In this document: piece after piece, positions 27,532-39,500 of the stretch | Numbering within the stretch: position 1 is the first letter of the stretch | Layout: each line of letters opens with the position of its first letter | Assembly (NCBI RefSeq): GCF_001194135.2 | Contig: NC_068994.1 | Span: forward strand, 21,344,108 to 21,408,107 | Reading direction: 5' to 3' | Source: Octopus bimaculoides | Taxonomy: Eukaryota | Length of the DNA: 64,000 nucleotides | Program-made: the position numbers and the translations under genes | Notes under the pieces: model-generated | Seen by the model: the letters and a program-made list of their open reading frames with translations, nothing else | Told to the model about the DNA's origin: nothing | The model's database searches: none

Positions 27532-30500
27532 GCGTGCATACATAACGTAGGAAAATGGATTGAGAGAATCAAGCAGAATTCACAGTATGCAGTCCTGCAA
27601 AGAATCAGCTATCAGTTTACACAGTAATTATATTACAGTGTAGTTTAACTTGCCCATGCAACTGAAAATCCAGGATGCTCCATATACAGTAATACCTAAC
27701 TTTACAAGGACCCACTTTCCAAGACTCTGGGTTGGCAAGTTTTATTTTTCAGCTCACTTTTGTATGGTGAGCTGAAATTTTTCAAGCACAAGATCCAAAT
27801 TTTGAACGAAGTGCAAGTTTCTACTACTATAACAAATGCTTCTGCAGGTTACCAAAAAATTTATAGAGAGCGAAAAAAAGCTTCTAAGCAAGCAACTCTA
27901 GACTTGTTTTTTAAAAAGAAATCTACAAGTCTGGTGATGGCGTGTGCTGGTGTGCATGAGTCTAGTGCGAGTGAAAGTGATTCAGAAAACGGTTATGATA
28001 ATAATATTTTTTATCATAAATGATCTTGACATTCTTTTTATTTTACATAAAATCTTCTTTACATTCTACTGTTGTTTTATTGCCATTTATTTACGTGTAT
28101 TATAAATTTTGTAGGTAAAATATTTTTCTGGGAATGAATTACAAATTATAACATTGCTACTATGAGAAAATATTGCTCTGCTTTATGGGTTTTCGCTTTA
28201 TGAGCAGTGTCCAGGAATAAATTAGCTCACATATTGAGGTGTTACTGGAATATTGTGGATATATTTAGGATTCAACTCTATTACACAATCAAAACCCACT
28301 CTTCTATACATTGTGTGGAAGGGAAAAATTCAAAGTTGGTACAATAATTGAATTTGTATAATTAGATATTTTACTATGTAAAGCAAACAAAACAAAATAT
28401 AGGGTATTTGAACTAAATTTGACAACTTTCACCTCTCCTTTTATTTTCAGGAAGAGCTTGATGTATTGCTGAACAGAAAAAGTTTTGTGAAATTCTGCTA
28501 TGCAGGGCTTCTTAACCTAAAAAGTAAATTTATTTTGCCATTTTTAAGCTGGTAATGTCAACAACATGTTTTAGTAACTGCGTTTGATGTAAGCAAAGCT
28601 TGAATGAGCACGTGTGGTTGAGAAAGACAGAGAACTAAGGGGAGTTAATTCACTGAACAGCAAATATAAACAGTTTTTTTACAACTAACAAAAATCCCAT
28701 AAACCAAAACATCTATTAAAGACAGGTTTAAATTACCAGTGTTCTATGGAAAAGCATATTTCAGTTCATACAGCTGAAAATTTGGTACAACTTTAATCTG
28801 GTGGTGGAGTGACCCAATTTAGAGCTAGCAATATAAGCTTACAATAGAGCTTGCCTTCATAGCCCCATATTTCTATTGTATTATCTTATCTAATATAATA
28901 TTACTACAAACCAATATTATCATATGTGATGCAACTATTTCCTCTCTACTTACATCAGACCTGACTATACTGCAGTTCATAGAAGAAATAACAGCTAAAG
29001 TACAAACAGAAAATTATAATGCAGACCTCTAAGTATGCTGATTACTTTATAACCCTTTCATGTAATAGAAAAGGAGAAAAATGAATATGAACATGTTAAT
29101 ATATAAAAAAAAAATATTTATATTATATACAGATTTATTTATATATTTGCATACATACCAAACACATTTTTATACTTTCAGATCTTGCATACCCAAATAG
29201 AGCAAAAAAGCAATATCAACACTCACCCTCTTGTCAATATCGGCATGTTGCAGTTGAACAAAGCGAGCACTGATTGCAGCAATGTAACTTTGCTGGTTTG
29301 AGAAAGCTACACGGCCAGCTCCTTTAGGGTATTTTAATTCAGGATCAGTGTCAATGCCTGCATAACAAACACCTCCATAAAGACGATCCATGATCAAAGC
29401 TAACTCCACTGAAAAAGAGCAAAGTGAGATTCTCCATAAAACTCAGTCAGATATTCAGAGTAAATCATAACTGTAATAGGATGGTAGGTGGCAGAATCGG
29501 TTGAGTATCAGTTTAAGTCTCTTGTTACAATTAGTTCAAACTCTCTTTATAGTTGATTTTACATCTCATCCAATGAAGAGATGTAATTTCATAACATATG
29601 GGGGTGGTTAAATTAACTGTCCCCTCTCCCAAATTAATCAATTTGTGGCCTTGCACCCATGCCAGAAATCATCATTATCACAATTATCTATTAAGTTCTT
29701 GATGTGTTTTCAATATCTGCCCTTGACTGTGTCAATGCTCTAAGCTTAATACAATTGTCTTTTTTTTAATTAACTTTCTTGTCTATTACTTTTAATTACC
29801 TTCATGGAGTTAACAGAAAGGTAATTAAAGATAGACAAGAAAGTTAATTACCTTCAAAAATGCAGTTGTTTATCATGTTTTGTGTTTATAATAATAATTA
29901 CTGCATATTTCTGCAATTAGTCAACTTATATGGTTCCCTCAATAATGTTAATTACCAAGTATTCAGGGTGACCTGTACATATACAGCCCTAAATTCTATT
30001 TCTATTCATTATAATTCTTGAGGTTATAAGTATTGAAAAGTTTTTCTTGAGAATATTCAATGCTAATGACTTGGTTCTCAAAATAAGATCTATCGAAGTA
30101 CTGTAAGAAAAGTTCAAAACTTAGAAAAATGATAAAGAGTTTGAAGACCAAATTCTCAATTAATAACAAAAGCATGAAGTCTCAGTGCTAAGATATTGGT
30201 TTACTTGATATGTAGGAATTTGATACTCTGTACTTTGCCTTTCATTCTTTTGGGGTCAATAATGTAAGTACCAGTTGATCACTGGGGTAAATGTAATTGA
30301 CTAGCTCATTCCCACAGTAGAAAAGACTATCATGATTCATATACTAGTAGTTCAGTTACTACCACACCTTACATTTCTTCAAAACTTAAAATACTTATAA
30401 TAGTTTGCATAAACAAACTGGTAGACATAACCTCAATACAATCAATATGGATAAATTTTTCATCTTCTACAATTTCAAATTTAAAATATATACTTTTAAT

Positions 30501-33500
30501 ATGTTGAATTAAATCTGTGCTCAGACAGAAAGCAAGCAAGCTAAACAATGAGCTTTGTTTAAGAAGTACAATTCAATGGCTGTGGATAAACCCAGCTTCT
30601 GAGTTTATGGTTAATAGCTCAGAACCATAAACACATATGAACAACCTTACCCTCTTTCTCTCTCTCTCTCTTTTACTTGTTTCAGTCATCCGACTGTGGC
30701 CATGCTGGAGCACCGCCTTTAGTCAAGAAAATCGACCACAGGGCTTATTCTTTGTAAGCCTAGTACTTATTCCATTGGTCTCTTTTTGCCGAACCGCTAA
30801 GTTACGAGGACGTAAACACACCAGCATCGGTTGTCAAGCGATGGAGGGGGGACAAACACAGACACACACACACACACACACACACACANNNNNNNNNNNN
30901 NNNNNNNNNNNNNNNNNNNNNNNNNNNNNNNNNNNNNNNNNNNNNNNNNNNNNNNNNNNNNNNNNNNNNNNNNNNNNNNNNNNNNNNNNNNNNNNNNNNN
31001 NNNNNNNNNNNNNNNNNNNNNNNNNNNNNNNNNNNNNNNNNNNNNNNNNNNNNNNNNNNNNNNNNNNNNNNNNNNNNNNNNNNNNNNNNNNNNNNNNNNN
31101 NNNNNNNNNNNNNNNNNNNNNNNNNNNNNNNNNNNNNNNNNNNNNNNNNNNNNNNNNNNNNNNNNNNNNNNNNNNNNNNNNNNNNNNNNNNNNNNNNNNN
31201 NNNNNNNNNNNNNNNNNNNNNNNNNNNNNNNNNNNNNNNNNNNNNNNNNNNNNNNNNNNNNNNNNNNNNNNNNNNNNNNNNNNNNNNNNNNNNNNNNNNN
31301 NNNNNNNNNNNNNNNNNNNNGCGGGTGACACGTAAAAGCACCCACTACACTCTCTGAGTGGTTGGCGTTAGGAAGGGCATCCAGCTGTAGAAACTCTGCC
31401 AAATTAGATTGGAGCCTGGTGTTGCCATCCGGTTTCACCAGTCCTCAGTCAAATCGTCCAACCCATGCTAGCATGGAAAGCGGACGTTAAACGATGATGA
31501 TGATGATATACGACAGGCTTCTTTCAGTTTCCATCTACCAAATCCACTTGCCCAAGGTGCCACACAGTGGGACTGAACCCGGAACCATGTGGTTGGTAAG
31601 CAAGCTACTTACCACACAGCCACTCGGATAAAGAGAAAGATACTTACATGCTCTTAGTGGTCTTGGAACTCCACCAACAAATATTGTTTTACGCGGATCC
31701 AATGGTTGGCTACCATCCATCACAAAATCTGAATCACTCAAGTTCCATGGTCTAATTTGGACCTAAAAAATAAATAAAAGGTAATGTTTTTAGAAAGTAA
31801 GCATTAACTTCTTTTTATTTTGGAGAGGAAGATGTCAATTTGATATTTATTTTTTTTCGAACTCTGAGAAATAAAAGGTTAATAAATATTTAGTCTGTCA
31901 CTATTTTATAGAAATTAGCTGCCTTTTAAAAGAACCATTTACTTTACAAAATAAAATTTTAAAGAAATTATTAAAAAAAAATTAATCAGAAAACTCTACA
32001 TGTGCAATGGAATTTTCATAGAAATATAATCTTGTAGTTTATTTGAGTCATTGTCTTTTTTTAATTAACTTTCTTGTTTGTTACCTTTAAGTACCTTTTT
32101 GTTTCTAAGAAACAGAAAGGTAATGAAAATGATTTAACAATACAGAACTGGAGAAAAATAAATTTAATGAATAATTTTACTTCAGTAAATTTCAATTGAG
32201 AACTGAAAAAATTGAAACAGTAAACCATAAAACTGTTATAATATATACGTTGTGGTAACAGGGTGGACAGTGATATAGAAATGAAGCCTTAGAAAATATT
32301 TATGTATCCTGTTGTACAATAACAATGTTATATATGCTATAAGAATTCAGTTTCCAACCTAGTCCTGGACCCATTTCCTGTTGTCTCTTTAGGAAACCAA
32401 CTTTTGCTGTACTTACAGGTTTATCTTTCATAGTAGGACTGGACACACACCAGTATAGTTTATCATCATCAGTGATGCAGGCTTCAATCAATGACTGCAC
32501 AGACATTTCATCTTGAAACAGCAGAAAGCAATAGCCTAACAAAGAAAGAGAAAATCAAACAATCTTCAGCCAGTCACTAGTAAACTATATGAACTTATCA
32601 AAATTGTTGAGGTATAAGGTAGGTAATGTTAGGTATTAAATGAGAAGTTGAATGGGTTCTTTTTCAGCTGTGGCCAACAAGTATTTCAAATGATTGGTGA
32701 TGATTGTTAGGATGATGTGTGATGGTTGATGATGATGATTATGGTTATAAAGATAACAACAGCAGCCATATTGCTGAGAATGATGATCAACTTATGATAA
32801 TTTTGATACTGACAATTTTGGGGAAGTTTTGTTCTGACAGACAATTTATAAACAATGTTTTTCTTTTTCCATTTCTACCACATTGCAGGATGTTAACTAA
32901 TTTCATCATTACACTCTTCAACATCTAACAATGAAGTATACTGTCACATTTGGTGTTGAGTAGAGGACCTGACTATGTTTGTTGTAGATGTCTATGTTAC
33001 AAATACCCCAAGAAAAGTAGATCTAAAATTCTTCTCAAAGTCTAATCTAACCAATAGGACTTGAATATATCATCAGGTGTAGGTGTGATGGGCTAAGATA
33101 CTCCTTTCCATTTCCAGTAAGGAAATTCTTTCAATTATCAATTTGTTTTAAGTTAAAAAAGAAGCTAAGATTTCTTTGTGAGCTGAATAGAATAACTTTT
33201 GCATCATTAGATTTCACCATCAACATCATCAACACCACAATTTAACATCTGTTTCTCAAGAGAGGAAACTCATCAAAACAGTACAGATTAAGCAAATTCA
33301 CAAACTGATCTAATTATTTTATCTCAATTTCTTTTGGCCTAAACCTCCTCAACAACTAGCTGTAGAGCTTTAGAAAATTAAAACATTTTCCATCTTTAAC
33401 TGTAGCAAAGTTGTTTAAAGTTAAATATATACTAGATAAAGTGGAAAACATATGTAATTACTATCTCAACACAGAAATATTTGTTTGGTTTGATGGAGAA

Positions 33501-36500
33501 AATTCTATATAAAATTTGAAGTTCAAATAACAGCTTACCTTTAGGTGGAAAATAAGACTTGCTCTCAGCTTTGTGAGGCCAATCAACCACTAAAGGACCA
33601 AAGCGTCGGAATGCTGATGTAATCTCCTCTGAAACAAAAAGGAATTGGAGATCAAAATTAATTTCATCTTCAAATTAGCTGGTACTCTAAAAAGTAAGGT
33701 GAATTACAGACAGTGAATGGATAAAGGTGTTTGTTCATTGGTTATTGGTTTACAATTTGTAACTGAATCTGTGATCATATTTTCTTAATTCTGAAGTTTT
33801 AACATGAGAATGCTGGGTAACATGTTAAATAACCTGTTTTCATTTAAAGGTATTGTTTGGAACTGAATAGAAGCAATAAAGAATTTAAGCTGACAAACTG
33901 TGTTTGACTGATACTGGAAAGATACACATACTGAAAGCTAAAGTGTTTGTTACCCACAGGTTGGTTTGAACCCCTACATGTTGGTGAGCCTCCACTGAAA
34001 AGCCTTTTCCAGTACTCTGTGTAATCTGTGAGAAAGTGACGTCGGGAAGAGAGGAGTAATACATCAAAAGTTCCAATTCATACTAGTAAAAAAATGAGCA
34101 GTACATGTTACTTTAAAAACTGGCACTCCAGTGGTTATGACAACAAAGGTTCCAGTTGATCTGATCAACAGAACAGCCTGTTCTTGAAATTAATGTGCAA
34201 GTGGCCGAGAACTCTACAGATACAGATACCCTTAACATAGTTCTCAGGGAAAATCAGCATGACACAGAGTGTGATAAGGCTGACCCTTTGAATTACAGGT
34301 ACTACTCATTTTTGCCAGCTGAGTGGATTGGAGCAATATGAAATAAAGTGTCTTGCTCAAGGATACATGTTGCTGGGAATTGAACTCATGACCTTATGAT
34401 CATGAGCTGAATACCCTAACCACTAAGCCACATGACTTCAAGCCTTACAAAAATATATAGAATGTGTCTGAAGCTTAATTTTTTAAAATATCATTTTTAA
34501 TACAATACAATTGCATGTCAGTAACTACTTTGACTTCATTTAGGTGGATTTGTTACAAAATTTTTCATAAAAGATTTCTAAAAAATATTTTCATGGTTTC
34601 TTAAAGTGAATGGTGAAAATAAACTTTGGTATAATCAGTTATAATAAATGTTGAACCTTCATCAATATCTGGGGGTAAACCTCCAACAAAGACTTTCCGT
34701 GAAAAACGCTCCAACCTCTCCTGAGCAGTTGGAGGATTGGGGGAACCACGGGCAGGAGAACTCAGACTGGGAACAGTTTGGTCCAGACTTGTATCGTCAA
34801 GTAGATGATTATCTTCATTGAAACCAAATGGGGACTTTCCTGAAATAAAGAGAAATATTGTTTCAATTGCTAAACAAAAAAATGACATACAATAGTGACA
34901 ACAATTAACATATCAGATTGTAATAACATTATTTACATCTTCCGGTCATTTCCTCAGTGAGGCCCAATATCTGAAGATCCTTTCTCACTACTTTGTCCCA
35001 CATCTTCTTGGGTCTACCCCCTCCACTGGTAACCTCTACAATTAGAGCTCAGCACTTCTTTAAACAGCTGTCATCATCCATACGCATCACATGACCAAAC
35101 CAGCAGTCTTCTCTCTTGTACACAACATCTGATGCCTCTTATACCCAGTTTTCCTCTTAAATCATTTACACTCTGTTGTGCATGCACACTGAAATTATCC
35201 ATCCAGTGGAGCATGCTAGCTTCATTTCTTTCAAGCCTTCACAAGTCCTCTGTAGTCAAAGTCCATGTTTCACAGCTATGTAGCATGGCTATACATACAC
35301 AGGCATCATACATTATGCCTTTCCCTCTGAGGAAGAGGCCTTTAGCTACCAACAAAAGCAGAAGCTCTCTGAACTTTGTCCAGCCAGTTCTTATCCTAAC
35401 AACTACACTTTCAGAACTTCTTCCACCACTGCTAATTTGGTTTCCTTGGTAACAGAAGCTATCCACAACTTCCAATGATTCCTACCACCAGCATTTGAAG
35501 GAGCCAGTTGTCTGTGCCTTTTTTAGTGCTTATTGTACCTGCACATTTGCCACACACAAAGACTATATTCTCCATTAACCTTTCTTTGATAGCATTGCAC
35601 CTCTTATGTGTCCAAAGCTCGCACTGAGTAGAACGCATGGAGTTTCTCCCAACATCCTTCTTACATATCAAGCAGGGTCATCTCCCAGAAGGGACTTGTG
35701 ATTTTCGTTAACAATTTTAACTTTGAAGCTTACTTTGAAAATCCTTATTGGACTAATTAACTTCCATTAACTTAAGTCCATTAACCCAAAAATTTCATAA
35801 AAACCAGTGAACATTTAAAAGTTTTTATTGTTTACAAATTGTCTTAGCATATTCAATATTGTACGCATCATTCTTTCAACCCTGATATAATACCACTTAT
35901 TATTATAAATAACTTGTAGGACCTCGTTTGACCCTGCCTGGATTTGAAACCAAACCCACCCGCTTGTTGCTTGCAAAGACAGCAGGAAATTTCTTTGCCT
36001 GCCAAGAGGTAACAATGATTGATGTGTTTCCATTTGATCTGTGACCTCGCTGAGGTGGATTTCAACTGAGAAAATATTGACTTTCATAAAATGGAAAAAG
36101 TTAGTAAATATTTTGATGTGAATGCAAATATTTCGGTGTGAACACAAATAACTGTTATGTGGTAGCAGGGCATGCTAGAAATAACAGCCAAATCTTTCCC
36201 TTTCTGGAAAAAAGGAGCCATTTACATGTGATTTTGATGTCATATTTATTGAAAGCATGCAAAATAACCTGGAAAAGAAAAAAAGACCCGCGAAACAAAA
36301 CTCCCTTGGTGAGAAACTTCGAAGCGCCTACCACCCCTCCCACCTTTCTTTTCTGGAAAAAAGTGGCTTGCGGCAGGTTTGGAGGTCAGATACATTGAAT
36401 GCACCTGAAAAAACTGTGGAAAAAAATTATTCCACACCAAAGTACAAAATATTTACCGAAAGAATAAAATCTTGTACCGATTATACTTGTATGTTAATTA

Positions 36501-39500
36501 ATTCAAATTAATGTACTTCATCATGAAAAGTGGCAAAATTTTTGTCAGTTGCATTCTGGTATAATTTTAGTAATAAAGCAAACAGGTAAGATGCATTAAG
36601 AATTTCAATTTTAGTGTTTATCCATAATGTTATTGCTTTTACGCCTGTTAGTTAAATTTACCTGCCCATAAAAGTCAAATTTACTCAGCAAGATCAGCTA
36701 AAATTACATAACTATAAACCAGTGGTATATAAAGCATCTACTGACAAAATTTCAAATCTGTATGTAAAAAATTTACAAAGTTACAAATAAATATTGTGGA
36801 CAACCCTCTTGAACCTGAATAATTCAAAATAATGTGAACAAATAAGCATTTCATTTGACAAATTAATAAGAACACTAAAGATGTTTTTAGGTGTTTTCTT
36901 TTTCTTACACACACACCTAACATGGCCTCGTTCAGGTGGGACTACACATGTGTTACTTTGACATCATCATTCCATAAAATTTGTTTATGGGGTGAAAAAT
37001 ATTGAAAAATTATCAATAGATGTGTGAGTGAGAAGAAACAAGGAGGGGGGTTTGGGGATGTGCTAGAAACAACAACCAGATCTTCCTTAAATCACACATT
37101 TTCCTCTGAAATTATCAACAATTTTTTTAAAACCGAAAATGTTTCTCTCACGTAGTGAAAAAAATAAAAATAAAAATGGCTGAAACCATTTCAGATTGAG
37201 GTGGTGAGAGGATGACAAGAGTAAAAAAAAATAAAACAAATCTTCAAAATTTTTTGGTTTTCTANNNNNNNNNNNNNNNNNNNNNNNNNNNNNNNNNNNN
37301 NNNNNNNNNNNNNNNNNNNNNNNNNNNNNNNNNNNNNNNNNNNNNNNNNNNNNNNNNNNNNNNNNNNNNNNNNNNNNNNNNNNNNNNNNNNNNNNNNNNN
37401 NNNNNNNNNNNNNNNNNNNNNNNNNNNNNNNNNNNNNNNNNNNNNNNNNNNNNNNNNNNNNNNNNNNNNNNNNNNNNNNNNNNNNNNNNNNNNNNNNNNN
37501 NNNNNNNNNNNNNNNNNNNNNNNNNNNNNNNNNNNNNNNNNNNNNNNNNNNNNNNNNNNNNNNNNNNNNNNNNNNNNNNNNNNNNNNNNNNNNNNNNNNN
37601 NNNNNNNNNNNNNNNNNNNNNNNNNNNNNNNNNNNNNNNNNNNNNNNNNNNNNNNNNNNNNNNNNNNNNNNNNNNNNNNNNNNNNNNNNNNNNNNNNNNN
37701 NNNNNNNNNNNNNNNNNNNNNNNNNNNNNNNNNNNNNNNNNNNNNNNNNNNNNNNNNNNNNNNNNNNNNNNNNNNNNNNNNNNNNNNNNNNNNNNNNNNN
37801 NNNNNNNNNNNNNNNNNNNNNNNNNNNNNNNNNNNNNNNNNNNNNNNNNNNNNNNNNNNNNNNNNNNNNNNNNNNNNNNNNNNNNNNNNNNNNNNNNNNN
37901 NNNNNNNNNNNNNNNNNNNNNNNNNNNNNNNNNNNNNNNNNNNNNNNNNNNATATATATATATATATATATATATACTTTATTAAAAAGCAGCAAAAATA
38001 TCACAAAAATTGTTACTCAGAGTTTCACATTCCTGTTTGTCAGACAGTTTTTTTCATTCATTCATTCATTCATTCATTCATTCAGACAGACAGAGAGAGA
38101 GAGAGACAGAGAGTAATAGAGAACAGAAAAGAGAGCTTAGAAGAAAAGAGCAAAATTGATTTAGTTTTAGGAATAAAGGAGAGAGCCAATGGAAATATAT
38201 GCAGAACAAGAAAAATATAAAGAAGAAAAGAAGGATGGACGGTGCACAGGTGAAGGAGTCAACCCTTAAGGGTGAAATATGTGGTAGAATTAAATATCAA
38301 AGGAGTATCATCATCAAGATCCCTTAACTGATGCAGACAGTTGTTGGGGTACCACTCTAGACATTTTCATAGCCAGCCATTACCATTGATCTTTGTCATG
38401 CATAGCAGGTTCACTGTGGGAATTCAGTTCTCACACTCATACAGAAGGATTGAAGTCATCAGGGTCTTGTTGAAAAACTAATGGAATTGCTTTTCCATAT
38501 GTTGTTCAGCTTTATCATGGCAGCAGAAGCTAAACTGAGTTTTGTTGTTATCTGCTTTTGAGAGCTGTCATCCTTGGTCAAAGTGGATCCTAGCTACTTG
38601 AAGGTAATCCACTTTATCAAGTCTCTCACCATTTAGCATGATGTTGGTTGCTGTGTTTTGGCTGTTACTATTAACCAGGATTTTGCTCTTTTCTGGGTTG
38701 ATCTCTTTCATACCCTCCAGTAGCTTTTTCCAGTCTGGTGGTAAGCTCTTGCAGTTATGATTCACTGCTTCCAAAGAGGTCAATATCATCAGCAAAGTGC
38801 ATGTTGGAACTAGGCCATCCTCCAATGGAAATAGATTGGTGGAGGACTTTAAGTGTCTCCTGCATAATGTCTCCAGGAAGATGTTGAAAAGCACTGGAGA
38901 AAGGATACATCCCTGTTTAACACCAACTGTTGTCCTGAAGAATTCTCTGATGCTGTTGTTCAGGAGAACTGCACTGCATGAGTTACTTTTCATACAGTGT
39001 TTGGATTACTTCAATGAGGTTGTTGTCAAAGTTGTGATTCTTCATCACCTACCACAACCCATCATGCCAAACATGGTCAAATGCCTTTTTGAAGTCAAAG
39101 CTGTGACAGAGGTCAGACTTGTGTTGTAGATGTTTCTCAGTGAGCAGGCTAATGTAAACTATCTGCTCCACAGTACTCCTTTGGGACCTAAATCATTCCT
39201 GTTCATCTTCAAGGATTTTTCTACCTTCCCCTTAAGTCTGTTTAGCAGAATGCTTAGCAATACTTTGCTGGGGTAACTAATGAGGCTGATTGTTCGCAAA
39301 TCCTGGCAGAATCTTTAATTGTCTTCCTTGGAAATGGGCATCATCAGTGATTGGGTCCACTCATTGGCCACTGCTTTGTCTCCCATATCTTCTAACAGGT
39401 ATCTGTTAGTACCTTGATAAGCTTTGGCCCTTCATGTTTTAGGAACTCTGATGGGATGTTATCCACTCCTGGGGATTTTCCAACTTTGAGCATGTGCACT

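Noticed and set aside
35923-35937. 15-nt in-frame candidate (G)RVKR(G)
   Set aside because: Donor gtccta is very poor and the acceptor is purine-interrupted. The true ARAYGRRR homologue was found at 50713-50736.
35815-36147. 110-aa minus-strand ORF
   Set aside because: No homology. No credible phase-1 donor in its frame to join the next CPEB exon.
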